Below are positions 35,569 to 46,815 of a stretch of DNA of 64,000 nt, one piece after another. Location of the stretch: positions 124,001 through 188,000 of the forward strand of contig JBLWGC010000036.1 in the NCBI GenBank assembly GCA_048772705.1. Direction: 5' to 3'. Source of the stretch: Leidyana gryllorum EB-2025a (lineage: Eukaryota; Protista; Apicomplexa). Position 1 is the first letter of the stretch; every line of letters begins with the position of its first letter. The position numbers and the translations under genes are program-made. A model generated the notes under the pieces. The model did no database searches and was not told the DNA's origin. It saw nothing but the letters and a program-made list of their open reading frames with translations.

Positions 35569-38500
35569 ATGGCTGCCCCGCCTGACCTACCCTCCTTCCC
35601 CACCACAGGTACCTCCACCCCGGCCCGACAGCTGAGCGTCCCCAGAAGAGCAGCCCGATTTGCAGAAGATGTCTATCACTCGCCGACCCCTATGGCTGCG
35701 ACCTCGCCAGGCTCTCCAAGTTCTACTCTGTCCAGAACGCCCCACGGCTGGCGGCACTGGCACAGAGTCGCTTTCAATCGAATTCGGGGACAAACACTTT
35801 CAGTATCACCTGGATCGAACTTTGCCCATGCCGTGACCCTTGATATGCGCACTCACGAGAGGGCTAAAAGGAACTCACAGCAAGCTGACAGTGTCATTGC
35901 CAGAGCCAGTGAGCGCACTCTCTTCCCCTCCCGAGCACCCGCCAATGTATCCTGCCAAACTGAGAACCGGTCACCTGACATAGACCCCCGCTACTTCCTA
36001 CCCCTATCTACTCGCGATGTGCCCATTACTGCTTGTGTATGAGGCAAATTGCCAGCTCGCCGTGTGCGCGCGCGCGTGTGTGTGTGTGTGTAAATTGCTT
36101 GATCGGTAGGAGTTCGAGTTACCAACACGGCGGAGGAGCTCCAGGAGTGGGTATTGGCCGCACTTGTCGGCGCCTTTACCGCGTGCAGTGCTGCTTGGGT
36201 GGAATTTATCGTAAGCCACACCCCCTGACGACCACCACCATCTCCTACCGCTCTCAGTTGGAACACTTAGGAGACCTCCGATTCGGGTTTTGCCGTGGAA
36301 TGGTCTGGCTTCATCGTGAGTAAGGATGGGTCTTCCCCCAGTCACGGCAATACGATCTTAGTTTCTGCTGCGGGAGCGAAAGTGCCGTTGATCTCATAGG
36401 CAACCGCTGTGTGCCTGCGACAACCGCTGCGAGTCACTGGGGAATGACCAGTCCCGCCGAAGCTTTGGGGGCCAGTGTGGATCCCACTGATCCATTCAAG
36501 AGGGGCAACCTGGTGCCTCACGTCGACCTGCTATCGGCCGGGGCAAGTGTCATTAGCAACGCTGATTTCGCTAGTGAGAATGCGACTTGGGTCAGCTGGG
36601 ACAAGCTGGCCTCCGGATACTTGCCGGTCTTCTTGGGGTCGTGGTCCAACGTGTTCGCATATATTTTGGTGTCCACTGCACTGGCGGTGTTCGCAGCAGT
36701 ATGTTGCAAGCGCATTGCTCCTGCTGCCAGCGGCAGTGGCATTCCGGAAGTGAAGACAATCCTCGGCGGGTTCTCTCTGCCCAACGTGCTTTCCCCCTGG
36801 ACCCTTTTGACCAAAGTCGTGGGTCTATCAATGGCCGTAGCCAGCGGCTTGGGGCTGGGGAAAGAGGGACCTATGGTCCATGTGGGAGCTTGTTGGGCGG
36901 CTTTGGTGCCACAGCTCACTTGGACGCCGCTCGACCCCAGCAAACAAGCTGCTTTAATTTCTGCCGGGAGTGCCGCGGGGGTATCCACCGCTTTCGGAGC
37001 GCCTGTTGGAGGCGTCCTATTTGCGTTGGAAGAAGTTTCGACCTACTTTCCGCCCTCGACACTCTATCGGACTCTGATGTGCTGCGTTGTAGCCTCTCTG
37101 GTGCTCAAGAGGGTCAACCCCAGCGGCAGCGGCAACGGAACAGTTTTCCAGCTCGATGCAATCGCCATGCAGGGTCGCTGGGAGATTGTGGAACTCGTTC
37201 CCTTTGTTCTTCTGGCCGCCGCGGGAGGTATTGTGGGCGCCCTTTTCATCAAGCTCAATGTGCTTTTGCAAGCATTCCGGCAACGGGCGCGCCGCAATAA
37301 GCTCGCGAAAACCCGTTGCCCCCGTAGTTTGATCTGGGTTTTCAAGAAGCCTGTGAGAGAGGTCTTGATCGTGGCTGTCCTCTTCTCATGTTTGAATCTG
37401 TCGATTCCACTCCTCACCTTCCCCTCAACCTTACTGATGAAATATATGTTCACAAGGTGTGGTCGAGACGGCGCTGGATTCCACGACATTTTTCATCTGT
37501 GTGACTCCCAAGAAAATGCGCTCGGAGGCAGTTCCAACACCACCTACACCCACAATACATCTGTGGAGATGTTTCTATCTCTTACTTTCGCTCTTGTGAT
37601 ATATTTCTTGAACTCTCTTGTAACTCTTGGCCTCAATCTACCTGCCGGATTGTTCATCCCTTGTCTAACCATTGGAAGCTTGATGGGAAGAATATTCGGC
37701 CTACTGACAATCAAGCTGGACCATAGATATTCCTTCATGAACTGCCGCAGTTGCATCCACCCTGGTGTCTATTCTCTCTTGGGCGCGGTAGCAGTTCTCG
37801 GTGGAGTAACTCGTATGACTGTATCATTAGTAGTGATTGCATTCGAGATGACTGGAGGCTTGGGGTACATTGTTCCATTCATGTTGGTCACTCTCGTAGC
37901 CCGTTGGACAGCGGAGTACTTCGTGGAACCCTCAGTGTACGACTGGTATATAAGATTAAAGCGTCTCCCCTTCCTCCATCCCACGCCCCAAAAAGCCGAT
38001 CTGGAGGTAAGCACTACTTTCCAAACATTACGCGCTCTCAAAAGGTGGCATGTGGTCGGTATGCGGCCGATGTTATGGATCGAGAAGTCGTCTTTGTAAG
38101 TTTGGAGGATGTTTGGAACGTGGGCATGGCGCGAACACTGACCCGGGAGTAAGTAAAGATCTATTGCAAAACAAGCAAGTATCATTTGACAGATATCAAT
38201 ATTCGACATATCCTGTCGTGATGGACTCAAAGTCGAAGATTTTGATAGGCACAGTCAATAGAAAACGACTGATGGAACGGCTCCTGTCTGTCAGCAATGA
38301 CCACAGACTGCCAAGCAGGACATTGATCAACTTCGCTTCCTTTGAACTCAGTGACAGTCCCAAGACGGGCCTGGACTTCAGCGACTTGGTGGAGATGGTT
38401 CCAATCCGGATCAGTCCACAAACTTCTCTGTTGGAGATTCATCACATCTTCCTACAACTGGGAATTAGGTACGACTCCTCTTCTGCATCTCGCTTCCATC

Positions 38501-38610
38501 CAATCCTGCGCAGCTATCTGATGATCACGGACAAGGGGGCTCTACGGGGAATTCTGACTAAGAAAGCATTCCTTTCACGTCTGGAACGTCTTCGGGGAGC
38601 AGCAGTCTAG
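35569..38610 (+). CDS. ClC family Cl-/H+ exchanger (ClC-3-like) with CBS domains
   Basis: GSGIPE, GKEGP, FALEE, PAGLFIP, GGVTRMTVSLVVI, SVYD and C-terminal CBS segments. Confidence 0.93.
36061..36092. repeat. Alternating purine-pyrimidine (CG)n(TG)n microsatellite in ClC intron 1
   Basis: cgtgtgcgcgcgcgcgtgtgtgtgtgtgtgta. Confidence 0.9.
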
Positions 38611-39712
38611 TCTTCGAGAAGGGTCAGCGTGTACAACGGACCTGGAAGTTGTGCCGCTATGGTGTTCTCAAACCATTCGTCTCCACGAACCCGAATCCGA
38701 TTGAGAATTTGCTCTTGAGTGGCGTTTGCAATCTTGGGAGCAATGAAGGCCGCTAACTCATCGCGGCGAATATCAACAGCTTTCCCATTGAGCATATATG
38801 CCTGCACAAAACCTCCACCCAAAGTGGGTGCCTTTGGCCGCGACATAGCGGCCTGATAGTGTTCAGTACAGGCATCGCTCTCACGTATGTCTATGATCGC
38901 ACCCGGCTTGGAGGCACCGGGATGGATGTGGAGACTGATTGGACCAGCTGTGTTCGACCACAAACGTGTCAAGGCAGCTTCCATCACTGCGGGGAAGATT
39001 GTGGGCCTGAGATGGTACAGCACAGGATCTTTGGCAATATTTTTCAAGTGCAGATCGCCCTGGTTGTGGGGAGACTGAACCATCTGTATCACTTGTGCTC
39101 TATGTGTATCAGCTACTGATAAGATCGAGAATCCACTGATACCTAACTCGTCCTGCAAATGATCGTTCGCTGCCTCATCAGTGCAGAAAGTCAATGTGCG
39201 TCCTTGGGGAAGACTGCGCAAGTATTCATCCATAACCACACCAACATCGTAGTCTACGCTGTAGCTATCAAGGATGCTCATAGCGAGAAGAAGCTCTCCC
39301 AGCTCGCCTCCAGGGGTATAAAGAGCTGTCAAGCCCCAACGATCGTCACTACATTGAAAGCTAGTTGTCCGAGCATCCGCAAACAACACATGTCGAGCTT
39401 GTCCGTAGTAGTCCTCAACATCCTGAACCTCCAATCCTTCACCTTTCCTTTCGATGTGGATGGAGGCCCGCGACGGAGCGCATGCCTCCACCTTCATATT
39501 CAAATCTATCATATGGTCGGGCTGTACCCGCTCCGCACAGTCGCACGCCAACTAGCGGTCATGAACCCAAGACGCCAGCCACTGGGACTCACTGTGTACA
39601 GATTTTGTCCTATTTGTATGGTACCCTCGAAAACGTCGGTGGGCTCTGTATAAACTGATGCTTTCATTGATTGGGTCAAGTGCGGCAATGCCACCATCCA
39701 TATCAAAGTCAT
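38607..39712 (-). CDS. Uncharacterised protein with carbonic-anhydrase-like CxDxR...PGG motif (2 exons)
   Basis: Exons joined by a GTGAGT..CTAG intron at about 39592-39552. Motif FQCSDDR..TPGGELGE. Function is inferred only. Confidence 0.55.
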
Positions 39713-39759
39713 CGTGCGGTGTGTGTGCGGTCAGCCACACGTGATGAGGAAGGGCTCGG

Positions 39760-41076
39760 TCACATGATGATCGTTCCAGGAGTCGGGATCGATTCACCAA
39801 TTGCTTTGTAGGGAAGGACAAATGTGCCATTCATATAACACTCATCCTTCACTTCGACAGCTTGACCTAGGACTGTAAGACCCTCCACGCGGACCCATCG
39901 ACCAATCTTGCTGTTCCAGCCCACGATGGAGTTGTCCAGCCAAGAGTGATTCCCGACCACCACGCTGGCCATGAGAGCTGAGTTCCGAATTCGAACTCCG
40001 CAGCCGATGTTACAGTGCGGGCCTATGGTGACATTCGGCCCAATCACGCTGCCTTCACCGATCTGACTAGTGGGGTGAATCAGAACATTTCCTATTATAT
40101 TTGGGCCCTTGGCGAGCTCAACGACTTTGTGAGACTCGAGCTCTTCATCGGCCACCTTTTGGGCCAACGCATCCAGGTATAATTGCGTTCCCTTCAGAAA
40201 GTCTCCAGGTTTGCCAATATCCGCCCAGTAACCTTCCATCCGCATACAGCACAACTGATTGTCGCTGGCCATTTGGGGGAATATCTCGGTCTCTATACTC
40301 GTTGGCCGGGGCTGAAGAAGCACATGAAGACTCGCCGGAGGCTAAGTGTTACTTTACTTACCTCAATCCGATTGATAACACTACGGCGGAGCAAATATAT
40401 TCCAGCATTGATGTGATTCCCGATGAGGTCTTTCGGTTTTTCTGTGACCAGAAGTTGAAAGAAAGGGCGGGAGTACACCTCACGTACCTACGAAGCGATG
40501 CACCTTGCCGCTTTCGGGATCGTGGATAACCACGCCGTACTGCTCCGGTGTCGCAGTCTCCGTGACAGCAATGGTGCCTTCCAAGCCGTGACGTTGATGG
40601 AACTGAAGCATTTGCTTCAAGGGGAAGTTGCATATGATATCGGAGTTGAATACGAAAAAGAGGTCAGGCAAATGCTCGCCTTCCTCGTCCTCCATGAGCA
40701 GCGACTCAGCCAGACGGATGGGTCCGGCGGTCTTCAACGGCTCATTCTCAATTGAGCATGATATGCGGATTCTATACTGCGAAATGGGAGGGAGCTTTTG
40801 GTATACCGAGAGCAAGATCTGCTTACTTTTTGTTCCAACGTACGCAGAGCTTCGATCATGGACTCTGAGTGGTAAGCGACTGCAAGAATTACATGACGGA
40901 CTCCAATCTGCGAAACCGTATGTGCAAGCAATGCAAGTTAAACTCACCTCCACCAATGCCCGAATTGGGTATTCAATGATAGGTCGGTTACAGAAGTCAA
41001 TCAGTGGCTTCGGAACGGAGAGTGTAAGGGGCCGGAGCCTTGTGCCATAGCCCCCGACTAAGATAAGTGCCTTCAT
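39760..41076 (-). CDS. GMPPB: Mannose-1-phosphate guanylyltransferase (GDP-mannose pyrophosphorylase), multi-exon
   Basis: MKALILVGGYGTRLRPLTLSVPKPL, EPLKTAGP, FNSDI, INAGIY, WADIGKP and hexapeptide C-terminus. Confidence 0.96.
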
Positions 41077-41097
41077 CAATTTTTTTTTGCCTTGAAG

Positions 41098-42165
41098 ATG
41101 GTGCGACTGGCCATGTGGGATTTCAAGCAATGCGATTCAAAGCGTTGTTCTGGACGCAAGCTTTTGAGGCACCGGAAGATAGAAAGCTTGGGTATAAATC
41201 AACCGTGGCGCGGAATCATTCTGTGGTAAGGAGGGTCAAGCTTTACCAGTGATAATTCGTTCGCAGCGCGGAGGCAGAGAAGACTTTGAGCATGGAGGAT
41301 GCTGATATAGTCGAGACACTGGGGATTTGCGTGATCGACTGCAGTTGGAATAAAACTACCGCGGTACCCATGAAAAGACTGATGCGTCAAGGTGCTCCAC
41401 GTAAACGTAAGTGCTAGGGCTGCAGTCATACCACTACTCAACGACTATAGTACCTTTCCTCGTCGCGGCAAATCCCTGTCACTTCGGACGACCGTACGAG
41501 CTCAATTGCGCGGAGGCGCTGGCAGCAACTCTCTTCATCACGGTAGGCTGTATTGGCTGCTGGCAATCGAAAGTGTTCCCCAGGGTTATGTCGACGAAGC
41601 TGGTCAAATAATGAGCAGCTTCAAATGGGGCCACGCCTTCTTCACAGCCAACTGCACGGCTCTCGATAGATACGCCGAAGAAGGAAAAACTGAAGCCGAC
41701 ATCTTGCGAGCCGCTCAGGAAATTCAAACCGCCAGAGACACGAAAGTCAAGCTCTCGTGGAAAGAAGTTTTGCCGCCAACTGACTCCGAGGGGGCTGACG
41801 AAGCCATTGGCGAAAGTGAAGGGGACCGCCAGTCGGAATCAGGCAACTCGATCAGTGAAGCAAAGGAGGTCGATGGTGGGTGTGCTAAGGCCGTGGAGGA
41901 CATAGTGTCCTCGTCCGAGGAGTCATCTGCCCAGTCATCCAGCGGCTCGTCCTCCTCCAGTGAGAGTTGTGAAAGCTCCTCTGGCGAGGAGAGCGACGTC
42001 GATGTAGTCACTCGAGATGCTCGTCTGACTGCGATGCGCACTCGAGAGGGGCCAGTGAGATCGGGAAGGGGGCATCGGGGGCGAGCAGCTAATGGCCGCA
42101 GCAGAGGTCGGGGGTCGGGCCGGGGGCGAGGTCAGGCTCGGGGTCCGGCTTCATTCCATCCGTAA
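41098..42165 (+). CDS. TSR3: 18S rRNA aminocarboxypropyltransferase TSR3, multi-exon
   Basis: [51 protein letters not shown]; acidic and RG-rich tail. Confidence 0.93.
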
Positions 42166-43786
42166 TTCGGGGCGCTTTCTTCCTTTGATCCCGATCTTCC
42201 CCCTCCGTTTGCTCGAGGTCGTGAACTCGACGATGGGCAAAAGCAGGTTTCCGGTAGCCTCTCTCTTGGTACAGCTCTTCAGAATCCAGAGCGAGCCCTC
42301 CTCCTTCCCACTGCACCTCGAATTGGTCAAAGTCGTCCGCATCTTCGTCTTCATTCCGGTCTTTGAAGAAGTCATGGGGCACATGGTTGAAAGGGACACC
42401 TGCAGGTGGCGCTATAATACTCAATTAGCCAATCTCTTACTTGGTGCATGATCCAAGTGTCGAAGATGATCAGAGATCGTCTCGACCAACTTGGCCAGAG
42501 TTTCCGGTTGGTTGTGGTTAACCGCCGCCGGATTCGGAATCAAATGTAGTTGGTGCTCGGGAGCATAGTAGCCGGAGTATTCCTACATAATATTGGGGAT
42601 GGGTCTGCAACAACTCACTTACGTTTAGAGGTATATCGTTGCTGACAGTCCGGCCGAGCGCGATCGAGGTCTCGTAAAGCCAGGCACGAGCAACATTTTT
42701 GACCACATATCCTCCACCTCCAACCATCAGTAGCGGTATATTGAGCGACTTGACAAACTCAGCGCAAGCTCCATGACCATAGGTGCTGACGTTGAAGTTC
42801 CCCAGGCGGTCTCCTGTCAGACTATCCGCTCCGCATTGGAGGACAATTGCTTCTGGCCGAAACGAGTCGATGCATTTCGGTATGATAGTCTTGAATAGCT
42901 GAACGAATGTTTCATCGTCAATGCCGTCGCTCAAAGGAACATTTACAGCGTAATACTTCCCCGACCCAGCGCCAACATCAACGATGTCTCCAGTTCCAGG
43001 AAAGAAGTTACCGAATTTGTGGAACGAAACGGTCATGACTCTGATGGTGGAACATGTCCGTGTCACCCCGCACCTCTCACCTGTTGGACAGAAAGAACGC
43101 TTCCTCCACTCCGTCTCCGTGATGAACATCGATGTCTATGTACATAACACGAGTGTGATACTTGAGCAATTCGATTATGCCCAGAACCGCATCATTGAAG
43201 TAACAAAATCCGGAAGCTTCAGAGCGCTTCGCATGGTGAAGTCCTCCCGACCAATTGATCGCAACATCGCAACCCCGATGGTTCAGCAACTGGGCCGCGT
43301 CAATTGATGCACCAGCGCAGCTTGACTGGAAGTCGTAAAGCCCATCAAAGACAGGACAATCCGTTGCTTCTTCCAAGTTGAATCGTCGAGCTGTCGGATG
43401 CAATTGCTGATAATGTTCATGTGATGTCAAGCCTGCCTGCTCAAAGTCCTACTTTGAAGCGCTCAGGGGTAACTTCCGATAGGAAAGTGATGTAGTCAAT
43501 GTCGTGAAAGGCCAGTAACTCCGAAGGCGTTGCTTCATGAGGCCGATACACCTCCATATGTTTGTAAAGGTCATAGGCCAGGATGAGAGAGTGAGTCATC
43601 CTCATACGTTGCGGCTTCATGGGGTGACCTGCACAACTTGGTGCTTACGATTACAACGCCATTTAGCGTACCTGGTCCGTAGTAGTAACTGCCCACATCC
43701 GGGTCATAGTAGTAAGCCACTTTGGCCTTACGCTCAGTGGGACTCAAAGCCACAGTCTGGCGTGTGGTGGGATCGAACTCGCCCAT
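42089..43786 (-). CDS. HDAC3: Class I histone deacetylase (apicomplexan HDAC3 / Rpd3-like), multi-exon
   Basis: [61 protein letters not shown]. Confidence 0.95.
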
Positions 43787-43839
43787 CAGGTTTTTTTTAC
43801 ACCACCACACGCCCTGGTCGCACCCCAGCACCAGTTAGC

Positions 43840-44513
43840 ATGCTTTCAATCACCACTCTCGCCGGCACCGGTGGAGAACCCACACTTGATGAGATTGTTC
43901 ATACGGTGGGTGACTTGTGGAGTCCTCTCGACCTTTCTCAACAGTATAAGGAAAGTTTGGATGCTTTAGAGAGAACATATCACGCCCTCAAGGTACAACG
44001 GTGTCGTGACCGAAAAAGTAATCTATCTAGGCTGACCAAACGTCTCTACAAGACCTTGGCCGAGTCAACCCGGCCAATGCCGATCTGATATTGATGCAGC
44101 GGGTGAGCACTGGCTGTCCACTTCCGCTGACACCCAAAGACAGGGACTGGACCTCAGACTAGCTGAGTACGAGGATTGGTGCAACAAACTTAGAGCACTC
44201 GGCAGCCGTATAGACGGGCTCCTAGAACGAGCGATAATGGAACGTCAAGCCGAGCTCGGCAAATTGACACCCTCCGAGCCGTCCGCCAGCGATGAAGGCG
44301 GCAGATTGCCAGATTTGGCCGATCCTCAACTGGTGTCTGGTCTCTTGGCTGCTCTAAAGTGGGTTCAACATGGACGATATCCAGACTGTGTATATCTTTA
44401 GACAACGAGACTTGGAGATAAGGTGGCTGCGTGATCAGGCCAATCTCAGTCAGCTGGAGGCGAGGCGACTGCGCGAATACATTGGCAATGCCCCTATTTC
44501 CAAGGGTGATTGA
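43840..44513 (+). CDS. Small hypothetical coiled-coil protein (5 exons)
   Basis: Four ~40-nt GT-AG introns give a continuous helical ORF, MLSITTL...REYIGNAPISKGD*. Family not recognised. Confidence 0.55.
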
Positions 44514-44533
44514 AGAAACTTTTTTGGCTCAAT

Positions 44534-45009
44534 ATGGTCTATATAACGGATTGGCACGAGTTCGAGGCGGCCGCAAAGGCGCTGTATCAAATCGGGGGAC
44601 TCGACAAGGTGAATCATGTTACCGCATCTCTTGCGTCCACTCTCGTATGGCTGCAGACTCGATATCAAATTAAGTATCGCCCTGTGAACGGCCTGTTGAT
44701 ACTGAAAGTGACCGATAGCGACACAGTGAGTCCCCATCTGTCCATCCTTCATCGTCGTATACCCCTCAGTGTTTGAAGTTCCGGGCACAGAACCCTCAAG
44801 CTATAAAGAAGGTGGAACAATTCACTACATATGTACTGATGTTAAGTGTCTCGCCCGAACATTACGAAGCGCAAGAGAATGTGGCCGCTGCTGATGCGGC
44901 CGTTGCGGCTAGGCGACTAGCTGGTAATAAGCGCCGCTGCTGGTTACGCAGGAAACAGCAGGCAGCCAAAAAAAAATCATCACCTGGTAGTAGTAGTGTT
45001 CCTCAATGA
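44534..45009 (+). CDS. SRP9: Signal recognition particle subunit SRP9, multi-exon
   Basis: MVYITDWHEFEAAAKALY..TRYQIKYR..LILKVTD..CLKF..IKKVEQF. The 3' end is uncertain. Confidence 0.88.
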
Positions 45010-46774
45010 CCTCGCTAGCCTCAGTAGCGTCCGGACTAGCTGCACTCTTCCAGGTAGGGAAAGTTGGGGATTTGATTGATGATGAGAAACTGTGTCCTCA
45101 GTCTCCTCGAGAGAAGATAAGCTATGACGATTTGAGCTCCACCTTGGAGAACCTGAGACTGTTATGTGAGACGGTATTGATCGAAGCTGGCAACGACGAT
45201 GTTCGAACTTGGCTCAAAGAGCATTGCGATATGTACAGTGACTTCTGTTTGGCTGTCTATGCTGCCCAGCCACAACAACTCGATCTCCGAATGCTAAATT
45301 GCGCATTGGACGCGTTAATCGTCCGTAAAGTGGCGGAGGGACAAGTGATTCAGGAAGTGCAGCCCGTTTCTGCATGGCCCACAGAGGCTTTTCACGACCG
45401 GTTGCTCACTTTTCTGGACTTGGTGAAGGCCATGGAGGGTTCTATGGGAGATGTTGCTCTCATACAGTTTGCAGAAGTCATGTCTCAATACTATGACACC
45501 TCCTACCACCTGTACCTGAGTATGGCCCGGCTGCTGGAGGGAATAACCGCTACTGTCCGAGACGATTCCACTGCGCAGATGACTCTTGTGCTACTGTTGT
45601 GTATCTGCCGTCACATGAAGGAGATTTCTGCCGTACGCGAAGCTCTCGACAGCAAGGCCAGAGGAGACGGGAGGAAGAAACTCGTCGTTCCCAAACAAAG
45701 CTGCCTTTTCGGCAATATCAGACTGGTGGACTTGGAGGAGTATCGCAAAGCCTATCAGGGGTGCTGGCTGAAATTGGTGGCTGCGTCGGCGAAGTCTACC
45801 GAGGATCTCCGTGTCGAGTCCGCCCGCGAACTCACCGCAGATCGTTTGCGAATCTTTCCATCCCCTCTGCTCTTCGCCACATACATTTCTCAGTCCTTCA
45901 AGGAGTCCCAGTCTATGCAAGAAAGGGCCGAAGCTTTGTGTATTCTACTCGACTTGACTGCCGAGCATCGCCTCGCTGACCTCGGCGGCGAATCTGAGGG
46001 GGAGAATGTTGGCCTGTTTGAAGCATTCTACGACCTTATCAACCCTGAGCTTTTCCTAATTCCTGATCGTGAGCGTGCTCTCAACGCTCTGATGCGGGTC
46101 GGAAAGGTCCTCGGGAAGCAAACGGCTTTAGCGTACATCAAGAGAGCTTTGAGAGTGGCCGTGATCTGTCCTCCACATGGTGCTCTGTGGCTGTTGGCCT
46201 ATGGGAAATTCATTTTCCATCGCAATCGCGAATACTGTTTGCCCCTCTTCCATCTGAATCCCTCGATTGCTGAGCATCTGCCGCAATCCAGTGACGAGAC
46301 GGCGCATTGTGCTGGCGACCTGAATGAAGCCCGGAAGGCAATGCGGGATGACGAAACAGTGCAATCGAAGGCGGTTGCGAGTTTCGCCGCCACCATGGCA
46401 CCGACGAAGGCTCTGATGGCTTCCAAGCTCAGCTTGCACGAGTTGGAACTCTTATGCCGGTAAGAAAAATGTCGCGTATATACTTGTGTTGCACTCTGTT
46501 CAGGCATGTCGAACCGAGTATCAGAAGGAGTGCTCAGGAGTTCAAATCTGGAATATTGGATTCAGATTCGACCCTACGTGCTGCTGAGGAAGCTGAGAAG
46601 GCGCTGCACAAAGGTCTCCTCGATGTAGGAAATGCAGCGTTCACGAACTTGCTCGTTCGATGCAGTGTAAGTATATCACAAAGGTTGTTGTTGGTCATCC
46701 GGCTACAGAAAGGGATTGCTACCGTTGGGTTACGCGAAGACATAGAAATTGACACAGTGGCTGATGTGTGGTAG
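45006..46774 (+). CDS. NOC4: Nucleolar complex protein 4-like (CBF/Mak21 domain)
   Basis: AYIKRALRVAVICPP and SLHELELLCRHVEPSI match NOC4 motifs (AFAKRLARLALTAPP; SLWEL..L..HYHP). Confidence 0.75.
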
Positions 46775-46815
46775 AGGTCCGTCTTGATTTTTCTCAGACG
46801 AGACCACTTGTCCCA

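Noticed and set aside
18537-42165. Two aminocarboxypropyl transferases (DTW protein and TSR3) in one window
   Set aside because: They are over 20 kb apart with unrelated genes between; no evidence of a functional cluster.
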